This document shows positions 9,562-18,684 of a stretch of DNA of 64,000 bases, one piece after another. Origin of the DNA: Candidatus Deferrimicrobiaceae bacterium. GTDB taxonomy: Bacteria > Desulfobacterota > Deferrimicrobia > Deferrimicrobiales > Deferrimicrobiaceae. The stretch lies in the NCBI GenBank assembly GCA_963792415.1, contig CAWBVY010000009.1, positions 1 through 64,000 on the forward strand, in the 5' to 3' direction. The position numbers and the translations under genes are program-made. Under the pieces are notes generated by a model. It searched no databases. It saw only the letters and a program-made list of their open reading frames with translations, and was not told the DNA's origin. Positions within the stretch are counted from its first letter, which is position 1. Every line of letters starts with the position of its first letter.

Positions 9562-9703
9562 GCGTAAGCACCTCCATAAATGAATAGTTATTCATTTTAC
9601 CACGACAGTCATCGGGCCGATCCAACCGCATTGGATGGCTGGATTGGGGGGCCTCCGCGCGGAAACGGGGCATCCTTAGCGGCATTGCGAGCATCCTTTA
9701 TTT

Positions 9704-10282
9704 ATGTGGAAACGGACGGCATTCCTGGCGCTTGTCCTGCCAATGATTGGAACGCCACCGGCGGCGGATGAGGCTTTGTGGAACCTTCTCAAGGCGGGCG
9801 GGCAGGTGGTGGTCATCCGCCACGCGTCGACTGAACCCGGGACCGGAGACCCGCCCGGGTTCCACCTGGACGATTGCGCCACACAACGGAACCTGTCCGC
9901 GGAGGGCCGGGAGGAGGCGAAGCGAATCGGCGCGGCGTTTCGCGAGCGCGGCGTGCCGGTCGGAAGGGTCCTTTCCAGCCAATGGTGCCGGTGCCTGGAA
10001 ACGGCGCGGCGGGCGTTCGGAACCGCGGAGGCCTGGGCTCCGCTGAATTCATTCTTCGACGACCGCGCCCGGGGGCCGGATCAGACGCGGCAGGTCCGGC
10101 TTCTCGCCGGCGGGCGGCCACCCTCGGGAAATCTCATCCTCGTGACCCATCAGGTGAACATTACGGCCCTGACCGGGATCTTTCCCGGTCAGGGGGAGAT
10201 GGTCATCCTGACGCCTTCGGACAACGGGGAATTGGTTGTCGCCGGCCGCCTTCGGCCGGCCGTGTCCCGTACCTCCCGGTAG
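9704..10282 (+). CDS. histidine phosphatase family protein (secreted)
   Basis: VIRHAS catalytic motif, QRNLS.EG, SSQWCRCLETA, LVTH. Confidence 0.85.
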   Translation: MWKRTAFLALVLPMIGTPPAADEALWNLLKAGGQVVVIRHASTEPGTGDPPGFHLDDCATQRNLSAEGREEAKRIGAAFRERGVPVGRVLSSQWCRCLETARRAFGTAEAWAPLNSFFDDRARGPDQTRQVRLLAGGRPPSGNLILVTHQVNITALTGIFPGQGEMVILTPSDNGELVVAGRLRPAVSRTSR

Positions 10283-10334
10283 GCAGGCGGCGGTCGGCAA
10301 TCGCCCTGGCAACCGGAAACCGTTTCCTCTCCGA

Positions 10335-10420
10335 ATCCGGACCGGGTGTCTCAGCACCCGGGACATCTCCTCCACGACCTGCCCCATCGTCAGCCGGTCC
10401 CCGGCGGTCCAACGGCAAGG
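10335..10420 (-). pseudogene. possible NmrA-family gene fragment
   Basis: AGDRLTMGQVVEEMSRVLRHPVR resembles the NmrA C-terminal AGDELT...SRVLGRPVRY segment. Confidence 0.35.
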
Positions 10421-10567
10421 AGAGTGAGTAGGATCCCGTGCCTGCTCGCGCAGGAAGATTTACGCGCCGAGAACGCCCGCAATTCCCGGATTCCCGAGAC
10501 CCGGTCGGGGCGGAAACCCGTCGGAATATATGGAATCCAAGGGAATGAGAATATCTTCGTCAGGGAA

Positions 10568-11182
10568 ATGGGGGTGAGTCCTATCGTGCGACACGGGACG
10601 GCGCGGGTATTTCTGGCATCCCTGGCCTTGGGCTTGGCAGTGTACTTTTTTCCGGCCGTCGCCGGAAATGCCTCCGGCGGCGCGAGGGTCGTGGAAGGGG
10701 TGGCCTTCCCGGAGATTTATGAAGGGATGGGCGTCTCCCTTCACCTCCGGAACGCTGCCCTTCTTCGGTACAAGATCTTCTTCCGCGGGTACGTCGTCGG
10801 GCTCTATCTCCCCGAGGGCGCGAACTCCGACTCCGCGCTCGGGGAGGTTCCCAAGCGGCTGGAATTTCAATATTTCTGGGATATCCCCGGTCAGGCGTTC
10901 GGCAAGACAGGTGAAGAGATCCTCGCCCGAAATGTCGATGCGGGGACCCTTTCCTCGCTTCGGGACCGCCTCGAACGGATCCGGCGGGCCTACCGGGACG
11001 TAAAGGCCGGCGACCGGTATGCCCTCACGTATCGCCCCGGATCGGGAACCGAGCTCTCCTTCAACGGCACGCCCCTGGTGGTCGTCGAGGGTGACGATTT
11101 CGCCGCCGCCTATTTCTCCATCTGGCTGGGGCGGCATCCGATCGACGAGAAACTGAAAGAGGATCTCCTTCGGAAAGGGTAG
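10568..11182 (+). CDS. chalcone-isomerase-like periplasmic protein
   Basis: VEGVAFPE, LRYKIFFRGYVVGLY, VKAGDRYALTY.PG.GT, FAAAYFSIWLG..P. Confidence 0.8.
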   Translation: MGVSPIVRHGTARVFLASLALGLAVYFFPAVAGNASGGARVVEGVAFPEIYEGMGVSLHLRNAALLRYKIFFRGYVVGLYLPEGANSDSALGEVPKRLEFQYFWDIPGQAFGKTGEEILARNVDAGTLSSLRDRLERIRRAYRDVKAGDRYALTYRPGSGTELSFNGTPLVVVEGDDFAAAYFSIWLGRHPIDEKLKEDLLRKG

Positions 11183-11775
11183 TGAACCGCGTGAAACCGT
11201 TGATTGCCGCCGCGGCAGGGTGGACCCTGGGGATGCTGGTCACGGCTTGCGGGCCGTCATTGCCGCCCCTGGAGACCGTTCCGCGAGTCGATATCCCCCG
11301 CTTCATGGGGGACTGGTACGTGATCGCCAACATCCCGACGTGGATCGAGGAGGGGGCGCACAACGCCGTCGAGTCGTACCGACTGGACGCGGACGGGACG
11401 ATCGTGACGACGTTCACCTTCCGCAAGGGAGGGTTTGACGGCCCCGTGAAAACGTACAACCCCAGGGGCTTCGTCCTCGATCCCGCTTCCAATGCCACGT
11501 GGGGAATGCAATTCCTGTGGCCGTTCAAGGCCGAGTACCTGATCATCTACCTCAACGAGGATTACACCCAGACCGTCATCGGGCGGAGCAAGCGCGACTA
11601 CGTCTGGATCATGGCCCGGACCCCCGATATGGGGGAGGTGGACTACCGGCGGATCACGGACTGGCTGGGCACCCTTGGCTACGACACCGGCCGGCTCCGC
11701 CGGATCCCGCAGCGCTGGCCGGATTCACCGAAAGACCCGGCCTCGGGGCCGTTGGAAAGGGCGCCAGGAAACTGA
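11182..11775 (+). CDS. blc: outer-membrane lipocalin (Blc family lipoprotein)
   Basis: Lipobox VTAC; VDIPRFMGDWYVIA, QFLWPFKAEY, YVWIMARTP. Confidence 0.85.
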   Translation: MNRVKPLIAAAAGWTLGMLVTACGPSLPPLETVPRVDIPRFMGDWYVIANIPTWIEEGAHNAVESYRLDADGTIVTTFTFRKGGFDGPVKTYNPRGFVLDPASNATWGMQFLWPFKAEYLIIYLNEDYTQTVIGRSKRDYVWIMARTPDMGEVDYRRITDWLGTLGYDTGRLRRIPQRWPDSPKDPASGPLERAPGN

Positions 11776-11849
11776 CCGCCGGCGCAAGCGAGAAGGGCCC
11801 GGAGCGGGTGGAGAACGGTCGAATGCAATTTCATCATGCCCGCGGGGGG

Positions 11850-11990
11850 ATCGGGAAAACCGGAGAGCTTCGATCCATGCTTTCCCGGGATCGGCGAATT
11901 CCGGTCCCGCCGTTCCTTTCCGCCCAGTACAACCCTCCGTGGACGATCCCGCCGTTCCGACGCAATGAAATCATCGTCCGGATCCGATGA
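11850..11990 (+). pseudogene. C-terminal fragment of a SOUL haem-binding protein
   Basis: AQYNPPWTIPPFRRNEIIVRIR-stop is the typical SOUL C-terminal motif; no N-terminal part. Confidence 0.65.
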
Positions 11991-12094
11991 GAGCCTCCGG
12001 TGGAGAAATGATTCGAAGCGCATTCGGGGAAGTCTAGAATTCCCTCGTCTTGCAGTCATCGTATGGAGTAATGGTGAGGGGGCTACGGAAAGTT

Positions 12095-12368
12095 GTTTGC
12101 GCCGGGTTTGCGTTCTGCTGTCATCTCCTGCCCTAATCTGTCACTTCCTGTCCACTTTGAGGAAGGCCTAACCGGCTGAAAACGCTGGAATGACGGGGAA
12201 ATAGACGAGCAGCGCAAAGCAGTTCGTAGTCAAGTGCTCTATCCAGCCGAGCTAAGGGCGCGTCCGTGAGAAAAGTCATTCTACGGCAAGGGGTTTCCCG
12301 CGTCAACCGACTCAGCGGGAAACCCCCCTTTCACACCCAGAATGGCGGCAGTTTGCGCGGGGGTTGCG
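12095..12368 (-). mobile_element. att-like module copy 3: GTTTGCG pair (12095, 12106), 5' half tRNA-Arg(ACG) (12223-12261), promoter (12278-12306), pair (12351, 12362)
   Basis: Colinear with copy 2 over about 270 bp. Confidence 0.82.
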
Positions 12369-12391
12369 TTTCGTTCGAACTTTCCCCCGAT

Positions 12392-13096
12392 CTATTTCGC
12401 TTTCCTGAGCTCTTCTCTCAAACGGTCCGCCCCCTTGTTGCCGACCGATTGCTTTACGACGATGTCCACGGGAGTGACTTCCTTGCCGTAATATTCCTTG
12501 TTGAGGCTCTCCCGCACGTCAATGTACGATCCCTCGAGATTCATCCCGGCGTAGAGCCCCTTCGACTTGGAAAACGAAAGAAAATCGGTGGTGACATCCG
12601 ACTTCGCCCCGCCGCCCACAGGCCCGAGGGCGACCGAGGCGTCTCCGCCCAGTTTGATTTTCGAGGTGAGCAGCGAGTCCACCCCCTTCTGGCTCATCAC
12701 CAGCAGGACGACTTCCGCCGATTCCCCGCCGATCTGCAACCCGAAGGTCACCGAGCCCATCGTGTAGAAAGCGGGGTTGCTCCACTCTCCGGTCTTGCCG
12801 TCCCTCAACAGGAGGACACCGGTCCCGCCAGACCCCCCCCAGATGAATCCCGCCTTGAGCACCTGCGGATAGATCAACACGCCCTTCGCGTCCTTGATGT
12901 GATCGCGCATCCATTTGTAATTATCATCCCGCAGGAATCCGCCGAAGGTGACGCGCGCATTGTCGACGATCCCCTGCGCGTCCTCCTTGTTCGCCGCCAT
13001 CCCTCCTGTCGCCGAGGCAACGAGGAACATTGACGCCACGATGGTTACGAACGCGAATCCCCGAATTCTACCTTTACCTGTCCGTCTCTCTTCCAT
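12392..13096 (-). CDS. Ysc84/SYLF lipid-binding domain protein
   Basis: AKGVLIYPQVLKAGFIWGGSGGTGVL, WSNPAF, GLQIG, SKSKGLYAG. Confidence 0.85.
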   Translation of the reverse strand: MEERRTGKGRIRGFAFVTIVASMFLVASATGGMAANKEDAQGIVDNARVTFGGFLRDDNYKWMRDHIKDAKGVLIYPQVLKAGFIWGGSGGTGVLLLRDGKTGEWSNPAFYTMGSVTFGLQIGGESAEVVLLVMSQKGVDSLLTSKIKLGGDASVALGPVGGGAKSDVTTDFLSFSKSKGLYAGMNLEGSYIDVRESLNKEYYGKEVTPVDIVVKQSVGNKGADRLREELRKAK

Positions 13097-13318
13097 CTCC
13101 TGTTCCTCCCTGGTTTGAATAATCTGCACCTGCCGTGCGGTCGCAAAAAGACGTCGGGCTCTCTTGCAGGAGCGCTCACCCGGGACTCGACGTAACCGTC
13201 CCGCCTGGTATCGAATCATCAGATTCTTTATCCTTCGGATATGATGAATATTGATGATCCGGAATCATAATCGGTTTCACGGATCCCCCTTTTTCTCCGA
13301 AAAGGAAGGAGTTCGATC

Positions 13319-14053
13319 ATGAGAGTCTTGATCGCAAGCGTAGTCTGCATGCTTGTTTCTATCGGCGTTGCGGGTGCTGCCGCGGACATCCGAAAGGAAG
13401 AGGTTCATTTCAAGAAGGGGGAATCCGGCACCACGATCACGGGCACGATAAAGGGGCGCCAGACGACGGACTATCAGTTGCGCGCCGGAGCGGGACAGAC
13501 ATTGGCCGTTACCTTCAAACCGCGCAGTCTGTCGGCATATTTCAACGTTCTCCCGCCAGGGTCGAAGGATGTGGCCATCTTTGTGGGTTCCACCTCCGGC
13601 GATCACTTCAAGAATGTGCTTGCGACCGACGGCGTGTATACGATCCGCGTGTATTTGATGCGCAGTGCAGCACGGCGCAACGAAACCAGCGACTATGCGT
13701 TGACCATCCGCATAGAAGGAAAGGGGCTAGAGCCCATCCCGGCATCCACCGACGCAACATTGCCTGGAACGCCGTTCCATGCCTCGGCAAGCGTCACTTG
13801 TGTCCCCATCTACGAGTCCAGGGTGCAGGCGTGCGAGGCGTTCGTCATTCGCCGCGGCTTCGACGGCACGGCCACTGTCGAGATCCATACGGTCAGCGGT
13901 CTCAAGCGGAGCATCCTCTTCGTGGGGGGGAATCCTGTCGCTTCGGATTCGCAGAATCCGATAACGTTCACACGCAAAGACGACCTGACGATCGTCACCT
14001 TCGATCACGAGGAGAGGTACGAAATCCCGGATGCCCTGATCACCGGGGGCTGA
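13319..14053 (+). CDS. secreted protein with a PliG-like/PPC N-terminal domain
   Basis: Signal peptide; VHFKKG.SGTTITG.IKG..T.DY.LRAGAGQ, YFNVLPPG, G.Y.IRVYLMRSAARR. Confidence 0.65.
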   Translation: MRVLIASVVCMLVSIGVAGAAADIRKEEVHFKKGESGTTITGTIKGRQTTDYQLRAGAGQTLAVTFKPRSLSAYFNVLPPGSKDVAIFVGSTSGDHFKNVLATDGVYTIRVYLMRSAARRNETSDYALTIRIEGKGLEPIPASTDATLPGTPFHASASVTCVPIYESRVQACEAFVIRRGFDGTATVEIHTVSGLKRSILFVGGNPVASDSQNPITFTRKDDLTIVTFDHEERYEIPDALITGG

Positions 14054-14064
14054 GAGAAAAAGGA

Positions 14065-15654
14065 TCAGAGGAAGTCCTCGAGAAGTATCCCCAACTCTTT
14101 CTCCAACGTGTAGATCGCATCCGTTGCGTCGGGAAACGCCCTGGACTCTTCAAAGGTTATCTGCCTGCTGAAATCGAGATCATTTTTGTAAAACATTTCC
14201 GCCAACTGCCGGGACAAGGCTTCGCTTTCGAACACGATTGCCGTTTCGTTGTTGAGCGTCCTGCTGCGGGGATCCAGATTGTACGATCCGACGAGCGAGA
14301 CGCGGCGATCGAAAACGGCATATTTCGCATGTATCGTACCGTCGGTCACTTTCCCCGCACCTGTTCGACGTCCCTGCCATTCCCAGATCTGCACGCCCCC
14401 TCCATCGCACGACTGGACAACTTGTTCCTGATTCACTGCCAGAATGTCCTCGTAGTACCTGCGCCCCACGATATTCAGCATCGGCAGATCGTTTGTCTCG
14501 GGACTGTTGGTTACTATGATTGCTTTCACGCACCTGCGAGCGGCATCCTTTACCGCATCGATGAACGTTTTTGAAGCAACGAAATACGCATTGGCGATCA
14601 AAATCTCGTTTTGCGATTCCCTGATCGACTGATGATAGACCTGTTCAATATACGTTTCACCAAACCTCGGCCGGTTCTGGAAAAAGCGACACTTCGCTCC
14701 TTCATATTTGAGGTCAAGTTCTTTAGCGGAAAAACCAAGGACATTCCTGTTCAAGCGCTCATCGGTGACAACATCAACGGGCACTTGTCCGGTTTTGCCC
14801 AATACATATCGGGTCGCTTCCCAGTATCTATCCGTGTTGAAAATGCCCCTGCTTTCCTTTATTTCCTTGAAATACTCGAAATTGCGTTCGAAGGTTGCCA
14901 CCATGTCCTTGACGGCATCGCCCTTCACGATCACGTCCTGGTCCCGCCAGTAACGGCCGGGATCTTCGGGGTCGATGCGGAAATATTCGTTGGCGATATT
15001 CAGGCCCCCGACGACGGCAACTCCGTGATCGGTTTCGCCATCGATGATCCACATCTTTTCGTGATACCGCCGGTTCGGATCCGTCGTGCTGGCCGCAGCG
15101 TCACGGCTTGCCACGGGCACCTCGTTTATCCATTCGAGATAGAGGGCATCGTAGCCCTCCACTTCGATACCGTTCTGCTTCAGGTCGAAATACATCCACT
15201 GTGTCTGAAGGCCCGGGTTGGATACGGCATCGACAATGACCCTGACATCCAGCCCCTGGGCTTTTTTCTCCTTTAACAACCCGGCGACATACAGCCCGGA
15301 CTCATCCCCGGCGAAGATCAGGGCCTGGATGCGCACGGAGGTATCCGCTTTCTTGAGGGCCTGGATGCGGGCGGCAAAGGAAGCATCCCCATTCTGCAAC
15401 ACGGCGATGCGGCAGGCTTCCGGCGGATGCACATCAAACAAACCGCGGATACCGATTTCCTCGTATGGGCTGCCGATAAATTCCCCGGCGGGGCCAAATG
15501 GCGTGCCCCGGACAGCCGTTGCTTCCATACCGCTTCGGGGAGCCGTACCTACCTCTGCACGTTCGTCTCCACCCGAACGGGTGGCCGCGCAGGAGGGCAG
15601 ATACAGCAGGGTGATTGCAACCAGAAATCGAAATATATTCTTTTTCATGATCAT
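14065..15654 (-). CDS. phospholipase D family lipoprotein (cardiolipin-synthase-like)
   Basis: Two HKD motifs (YHEKMWIID, IHAKYAVFD), GGLNI, GSYNLDPRS; N-terminal lipobox-like LPSC. Confidence 0.88.
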   Translation of the reverse strand: MIMKKNIFRFLVAITLLYLPSCAATRSGGDERAEVGTAPRSGMEATAVRGTPFGPAGEFIGSPYEEIGIRGLFDVHPPEACRIAVLQNGDASFAARIQALKKADTSVRIQALIFAGDESGLYVAGLLKEKKAQGLDVRVIVDAVSNPGLQTQWMYFDLKQNGIEVEGYDALYLEWINEVPVASRDAAASTTDPNRRYHEKMWIIDGETDHGVAVVGGLNIANEYFRIDPEDPGRYWRDQDVIVKGDAVKDMVATFERNFEYFKEIKESRGIFNTDRYWEATRYVLGKTGQVPVDVVTDERLNRNVLGFSAKELDLKYEGAKCRFFQNRPRFGETYIEQVYHQSIRESQNEILIANAYFVASKTFIDAVKDAARRCVKAIIVTNSPETNDLPMLNIVGRRYYEDILAVNQEQVVQSCDGGGVQIWEWQGRRTGAGKVTDGTIHAKYAVFDRRVSLVGSYNLDPRSRTLNNETAIVFESEALSRQLAEMFYKNDLDFSRQITFEESRAFPDATDAIYTLEKELGILLEDFL

Positions 15655-15727
15655 GCCCTTACGGTGCACCTGGAAATAATTTCCAAAACCCTGAAAATCG
15701 CATCGGTTCGAGCGACGGTCGCGCAAT

Positions 15728-16024
15728 CTATCTCTTGTTCAAATCCTCCTCGATAAACCTGACGATGGCCTCCCACAAGACTTCCCGGGGGAAGGCGTTT
15801 TTATCGACAAAGGTTGAAGCGATGAAAGGCTCGTTTCTGTTGAGGGGAATGGCCACGGCCCAGTGGTCCGCGTTCAGGTATCCCGGCAAAACGCCGCCTG
15901 GAATCCGTTGATCGTAAAAAATTTGCCGGTCGTTGCGGGAATCGACTTGACGCAACGGGTCGTAACCCGATTTCCATATGGAAGAGATCTTATCCGGTTC
16001 GGGAAAGGGGAAGCGGAAGCGCAT
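15728..16024 (-). CDS. hypothetical protein (98 aa)
   Basis: Fills the gap between co-oriented TAXI and PLD genes; GGAG RBS upstream. Confidence 0.45.
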   Translation of the reverse strand: MRFRFPFPEPDKISSIWKSGYDPLRQVDSRNDRQIFYDQRIPGGVLPGYLNADHWAVAIPLNRNEPFIASTFVDKNAFPREVLWEAIVRFIEEDLNKR

Positions 16025-16037
16025 CGGAACTCCCTTT

Positions 16038-17060
16038 CTATTGCATCAGGCCGGATTCTTTGAAATATTTCACGGCGCCCGGGTGAAGCGGCGCGGTGAG
16101 GCCTTCGAGCATGCTTTCCCTGGTCAAACCCGCATGTGCCGGGTGCTGTCTCCGGAGATCATCTAGGTTTTCAAACAGTGCCCTCGTGATCACGTAAACG
16201 ACATGGTCCGGCACGCGTGACGAGGTACATAATGTGGCCATAACACCGAACGTATCCACGTTGCCGGTGTTTTCCGAACCTCGATAGAATTGCGCCACCG
16301 GCAGGCTGATCTTCGTGTAATACTTTCTTTCAGCAATCAACTGGTCGATGCCGGGGCCGGCGACCGGGATGAAACGGACTTTCCGCGAACCGGAAACGGC
16401 CTCCTTGAGTGTCTCGCTCGGGTGTCCCACCGTGCAAAAAAAGGCGTCGATCCGATTGTCCTGCAGCAGCAGCGGGGCTTCGGCGGCATTTACTTTTTCG
16501 GGGATAATATCCCGGTCCGGGTCGAGACCTGCGGCCCGCAGGGCGTCGATGGCGTTCCGGTATTGTCCGGACCCCGGGTTGCCCAGGTTGACACGCTTCC
16601 CCTTCAGGTCGCCGATGGTTTTGATCCCGGTATCAACCGCGGCCACCAGACAGACCGACTCCCGGTGAAGGCTTAAAACGGAGCGCAGTTCCTTCTGGGG
16701 ACCTTTCTGCTCCCACTCGGCAAGTCCCTTGACCGCCTGATACTGCTTGTCGGATTGCGCCAGGCCGAATTCCATGTATCCCGCCATGATGGCATTCACG
16801 TTGAAAACAGATCCTCGGGTGGATTCCACCGTTGCCCGGATTCCGTATTCCGCGCGCTTGTCATTGATCATCTTCGCGATGATCAGCCCGGTGGGATAAT
16901 AAACGCCGGTGATGTCGCCGGAACCGATCGTCACGAATGCCGTTTCGGCTTGAAGATCCGGAGGCATCGTGCCGAACAGGATGCCCGTCCACAAAGCCGT
17001 GAAAACCAGATATCTTGTGATCCTCTTCATGCCCTTCCTCGAATCTTCCGGGTTTGGCAT
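16038..17060 (-). CDS. TAXI-family TRAP transporter solute-binding protein
   Basis: IGSG..TGVYYP.G, STRGSVFN, DLKGKRVNLGNPGSG, PLHPGAVKYFKE. Confidence 0.9.
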   Translation of the reverse strand: MPNPEDSRKGMKRITRYLVFTALWTGILFGTMPPDLQAETAFVTIGSGDITGVYYPTGLIIAKMINDKRAEYGIRATVESTRGSVFNVNAIMAGYMEFGLAQSDKQYQAVKGLAEWEQKGPQKELRSVLSLHRESVCLVAAVDTGIKTIGDLKGKRVNLGNPGSGQYRNAIDALRAAGLDPDRDIIPEKVNAAEAPLLLQDNRIDAFFCTVGHPSETLKEAVSGSRKVRFIPVAGPGIDQLIAERKYYTKISLPVAQFYRGSENTGNVDTFGVMATLCTSSRVPDHVVYVITRALFENLDDLRRQHPAHAGLTRESMLEGLTAPLHPGAVKYFKESGLMQ

Positions 17061-18421
17061 CAGTTGGCTGAATTCGAATCTTCGTCCAGATCACTGAAAC
17101 GAAATGTGTTGGGACTTTCCCAATGGAGAGCCCTGATCTGATCCACGGAAGTGGGGCCCGTTTCAAGAATGATCACTGCGCGAAGGCCATCCGTAAAATA
17201 CGGATCTCCTGTAAGATTATCTCTTGGTTTGGAGGGTGTCGCGCGACCAACCCCTTTTACGAAGCCAATCTCGGAAATTGTATTGGAGAAGAGCAGATCC
17301 TCGATAACGGACTGCCGCGCTTCGTCCACATCCGGGTCTATTTTGTGGGTGACGGGTGGCCAGGTTTTCGTCGTAAATCGGACGCCGATATCTCGACTGA
17401 CCTGTCCGACAAACACAGGTTTCCCTTCATACCGCATCGGGCTGTACCACAAGCGCAGATGGTTCCGTTCGTGGATATCGTGACGAGGTTTCTGGCGGGC
17501 GAAATCCTGGTGGCGCATGTCGAAATACAGGGAACTTATCGGAGAATATCTGTATCGGGAACCGAAAAGATACGACTTTATCGTTTTCCACACGGCCGAT
17601 GAGTAGGTCTCTTCCGCGGGAAGCCAGCCACGCCGGGCGAAGGCGGCAGCCACGTCGTGAAAATTCCCGACAATCACGAGGTTGAGTGGATCCCCGTATT
17701 TCGTGCCCCCCTCGTTAGTGGTGCAGCAAGTTAATTTCTCGAGAGCGTACCTCAATTCGTCCCGATCCAATTCGACGATGTCATCAACCGTATAAAGGCT
17801 GTCAAAATCCACCATTCGGTAGTCGACCCGCATGCCGGGGATTTGAACGAAGAAGGTAAAAAACTTGCTCTGCTGGTGCGCAATGGTATCGATTTGAACT
17901 ACTTTTTCTCCTTCATCAAGATTTGTAAAGATAAAGCCCGAAACGGTCGCGTTGGGCGGAATGGGATTTTTGAATGTCATCGAGCGGAAATGGTACTCCA
18001 TCTCTTTTTTCCCCGTATCATCGAGGCCACCATGAACGGCGAAGGAAGCCTCGTTGGGGGAAAAATGGTTCGGATCGACTACGGAGGAAACGAGGAGATA
18101 TGTCTTATCGCTGTGGTTTTCCACTTTCAACCATACCGGTTGTATATCTTTTCCGGCCAGATTTGCCCCGAAGATAGCTTCGGTTTCCTCGGCGGTCGGC
18201 ACAGCCGTCGTTACGCGAACGTCATTGTCATATTTTGATTGTGAACGATCACGGAATCTGACCTCGTTGATCGACTTTGGGCGGAAAGGAGAGGATGTGT
18301 AAGTCGTAGCACAGCCGGAGAACATTATCAGAAACAGGAATACCAGGATTGTCCATGATGGATCCCAAGTGCCGAAGATACGACCATCGCGAATATATCG
18401 TGTGAATATAAATCGCTTCAT
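17060..18421 (-). CDS. LssY C-terminal domain lipoprotein
   Basis: GDPLNLVIVG, ERNHLRLW, VGQVSRDIGV, THKIDPDVDEAR, NLTGDPYFTDG. Confidence 0.8.
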   Translation of the reverse strand: MKRFIFTRYIRDGRIFGTWDPSWTILVFLFLIMFSGCATTYTSSPFRPKSINEVRFRDRSQSKYDNDVRVTTAVPTAEETEAIFGANLAGKDIQPVWLKVENHSDKTYLLVSSVVDPNHFSPNEASFAVHGGLDDTGKKEMEYHFRSMTFKNPIPPNATVSGFIFTNLDEGEKVVQIDTIAHQQSKFFTFFVQIPGMRVDYRMVDFDSLYTVDDIVELDRDELRYALEKLTCCTTNEGGTKYGDPLNLVIVGNFHDVAAAFARRGWLPAEETYSSAVWKTIKSYLFGSRYRYSPISSLYFDMRHQDFARQKPRHDIHERNHLRLWYSPMRYEGKPVFVGQVSRDIGVRFTTKTWPPVTHKIDPDVDEARQSVIEDLLFSNTISEIGFVKGVGRATPSKPRDNLTGDPYFTDGLRAVIILETGPTSVDQIRALHWESPNTFRFSDLDEDSNSAN

Positions 18422-18684
18422 TAGTTGACAGTATTCTATAGGATGTTTATTTTATGACCGAATATTGAGCATGCGATTTAATTTCCCGTTGGCTCCATTC
18501 GGAAGCGCCGCCCCCTGAAAACGACTGGTTCCATGGCGAAATCCCGGGTGTTATTCAGATGCAGGACGACGGGGAACGGATGCGTACTCTCGTAGGATAT
18601 GTGGAAAGATTCGATTAAGATGGTTCCTGTCCGACATTACCTGGCCGCGGCAATCGTCGAATCGCACCGCGACAAGGAGAGTCC

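Noticed and set aside
3553-12261. Three functional tRNA-Arg(ACG) genes, or split/intron-containing tRNAs
   Set aside because: None has a T-arm or acceptor 3' strand, and I found no matching 3' half or group I intron in the window, so they are treated as att-like fragments.
3548-12368. CRISPR array or integron attC array
   Set aside because: Repeats are about 270 bp and kilobases apart, with no cas genes or intI. GCCTAAC occurs in the left arm, but I saw no complementary GTTRRRY attC hairpin.
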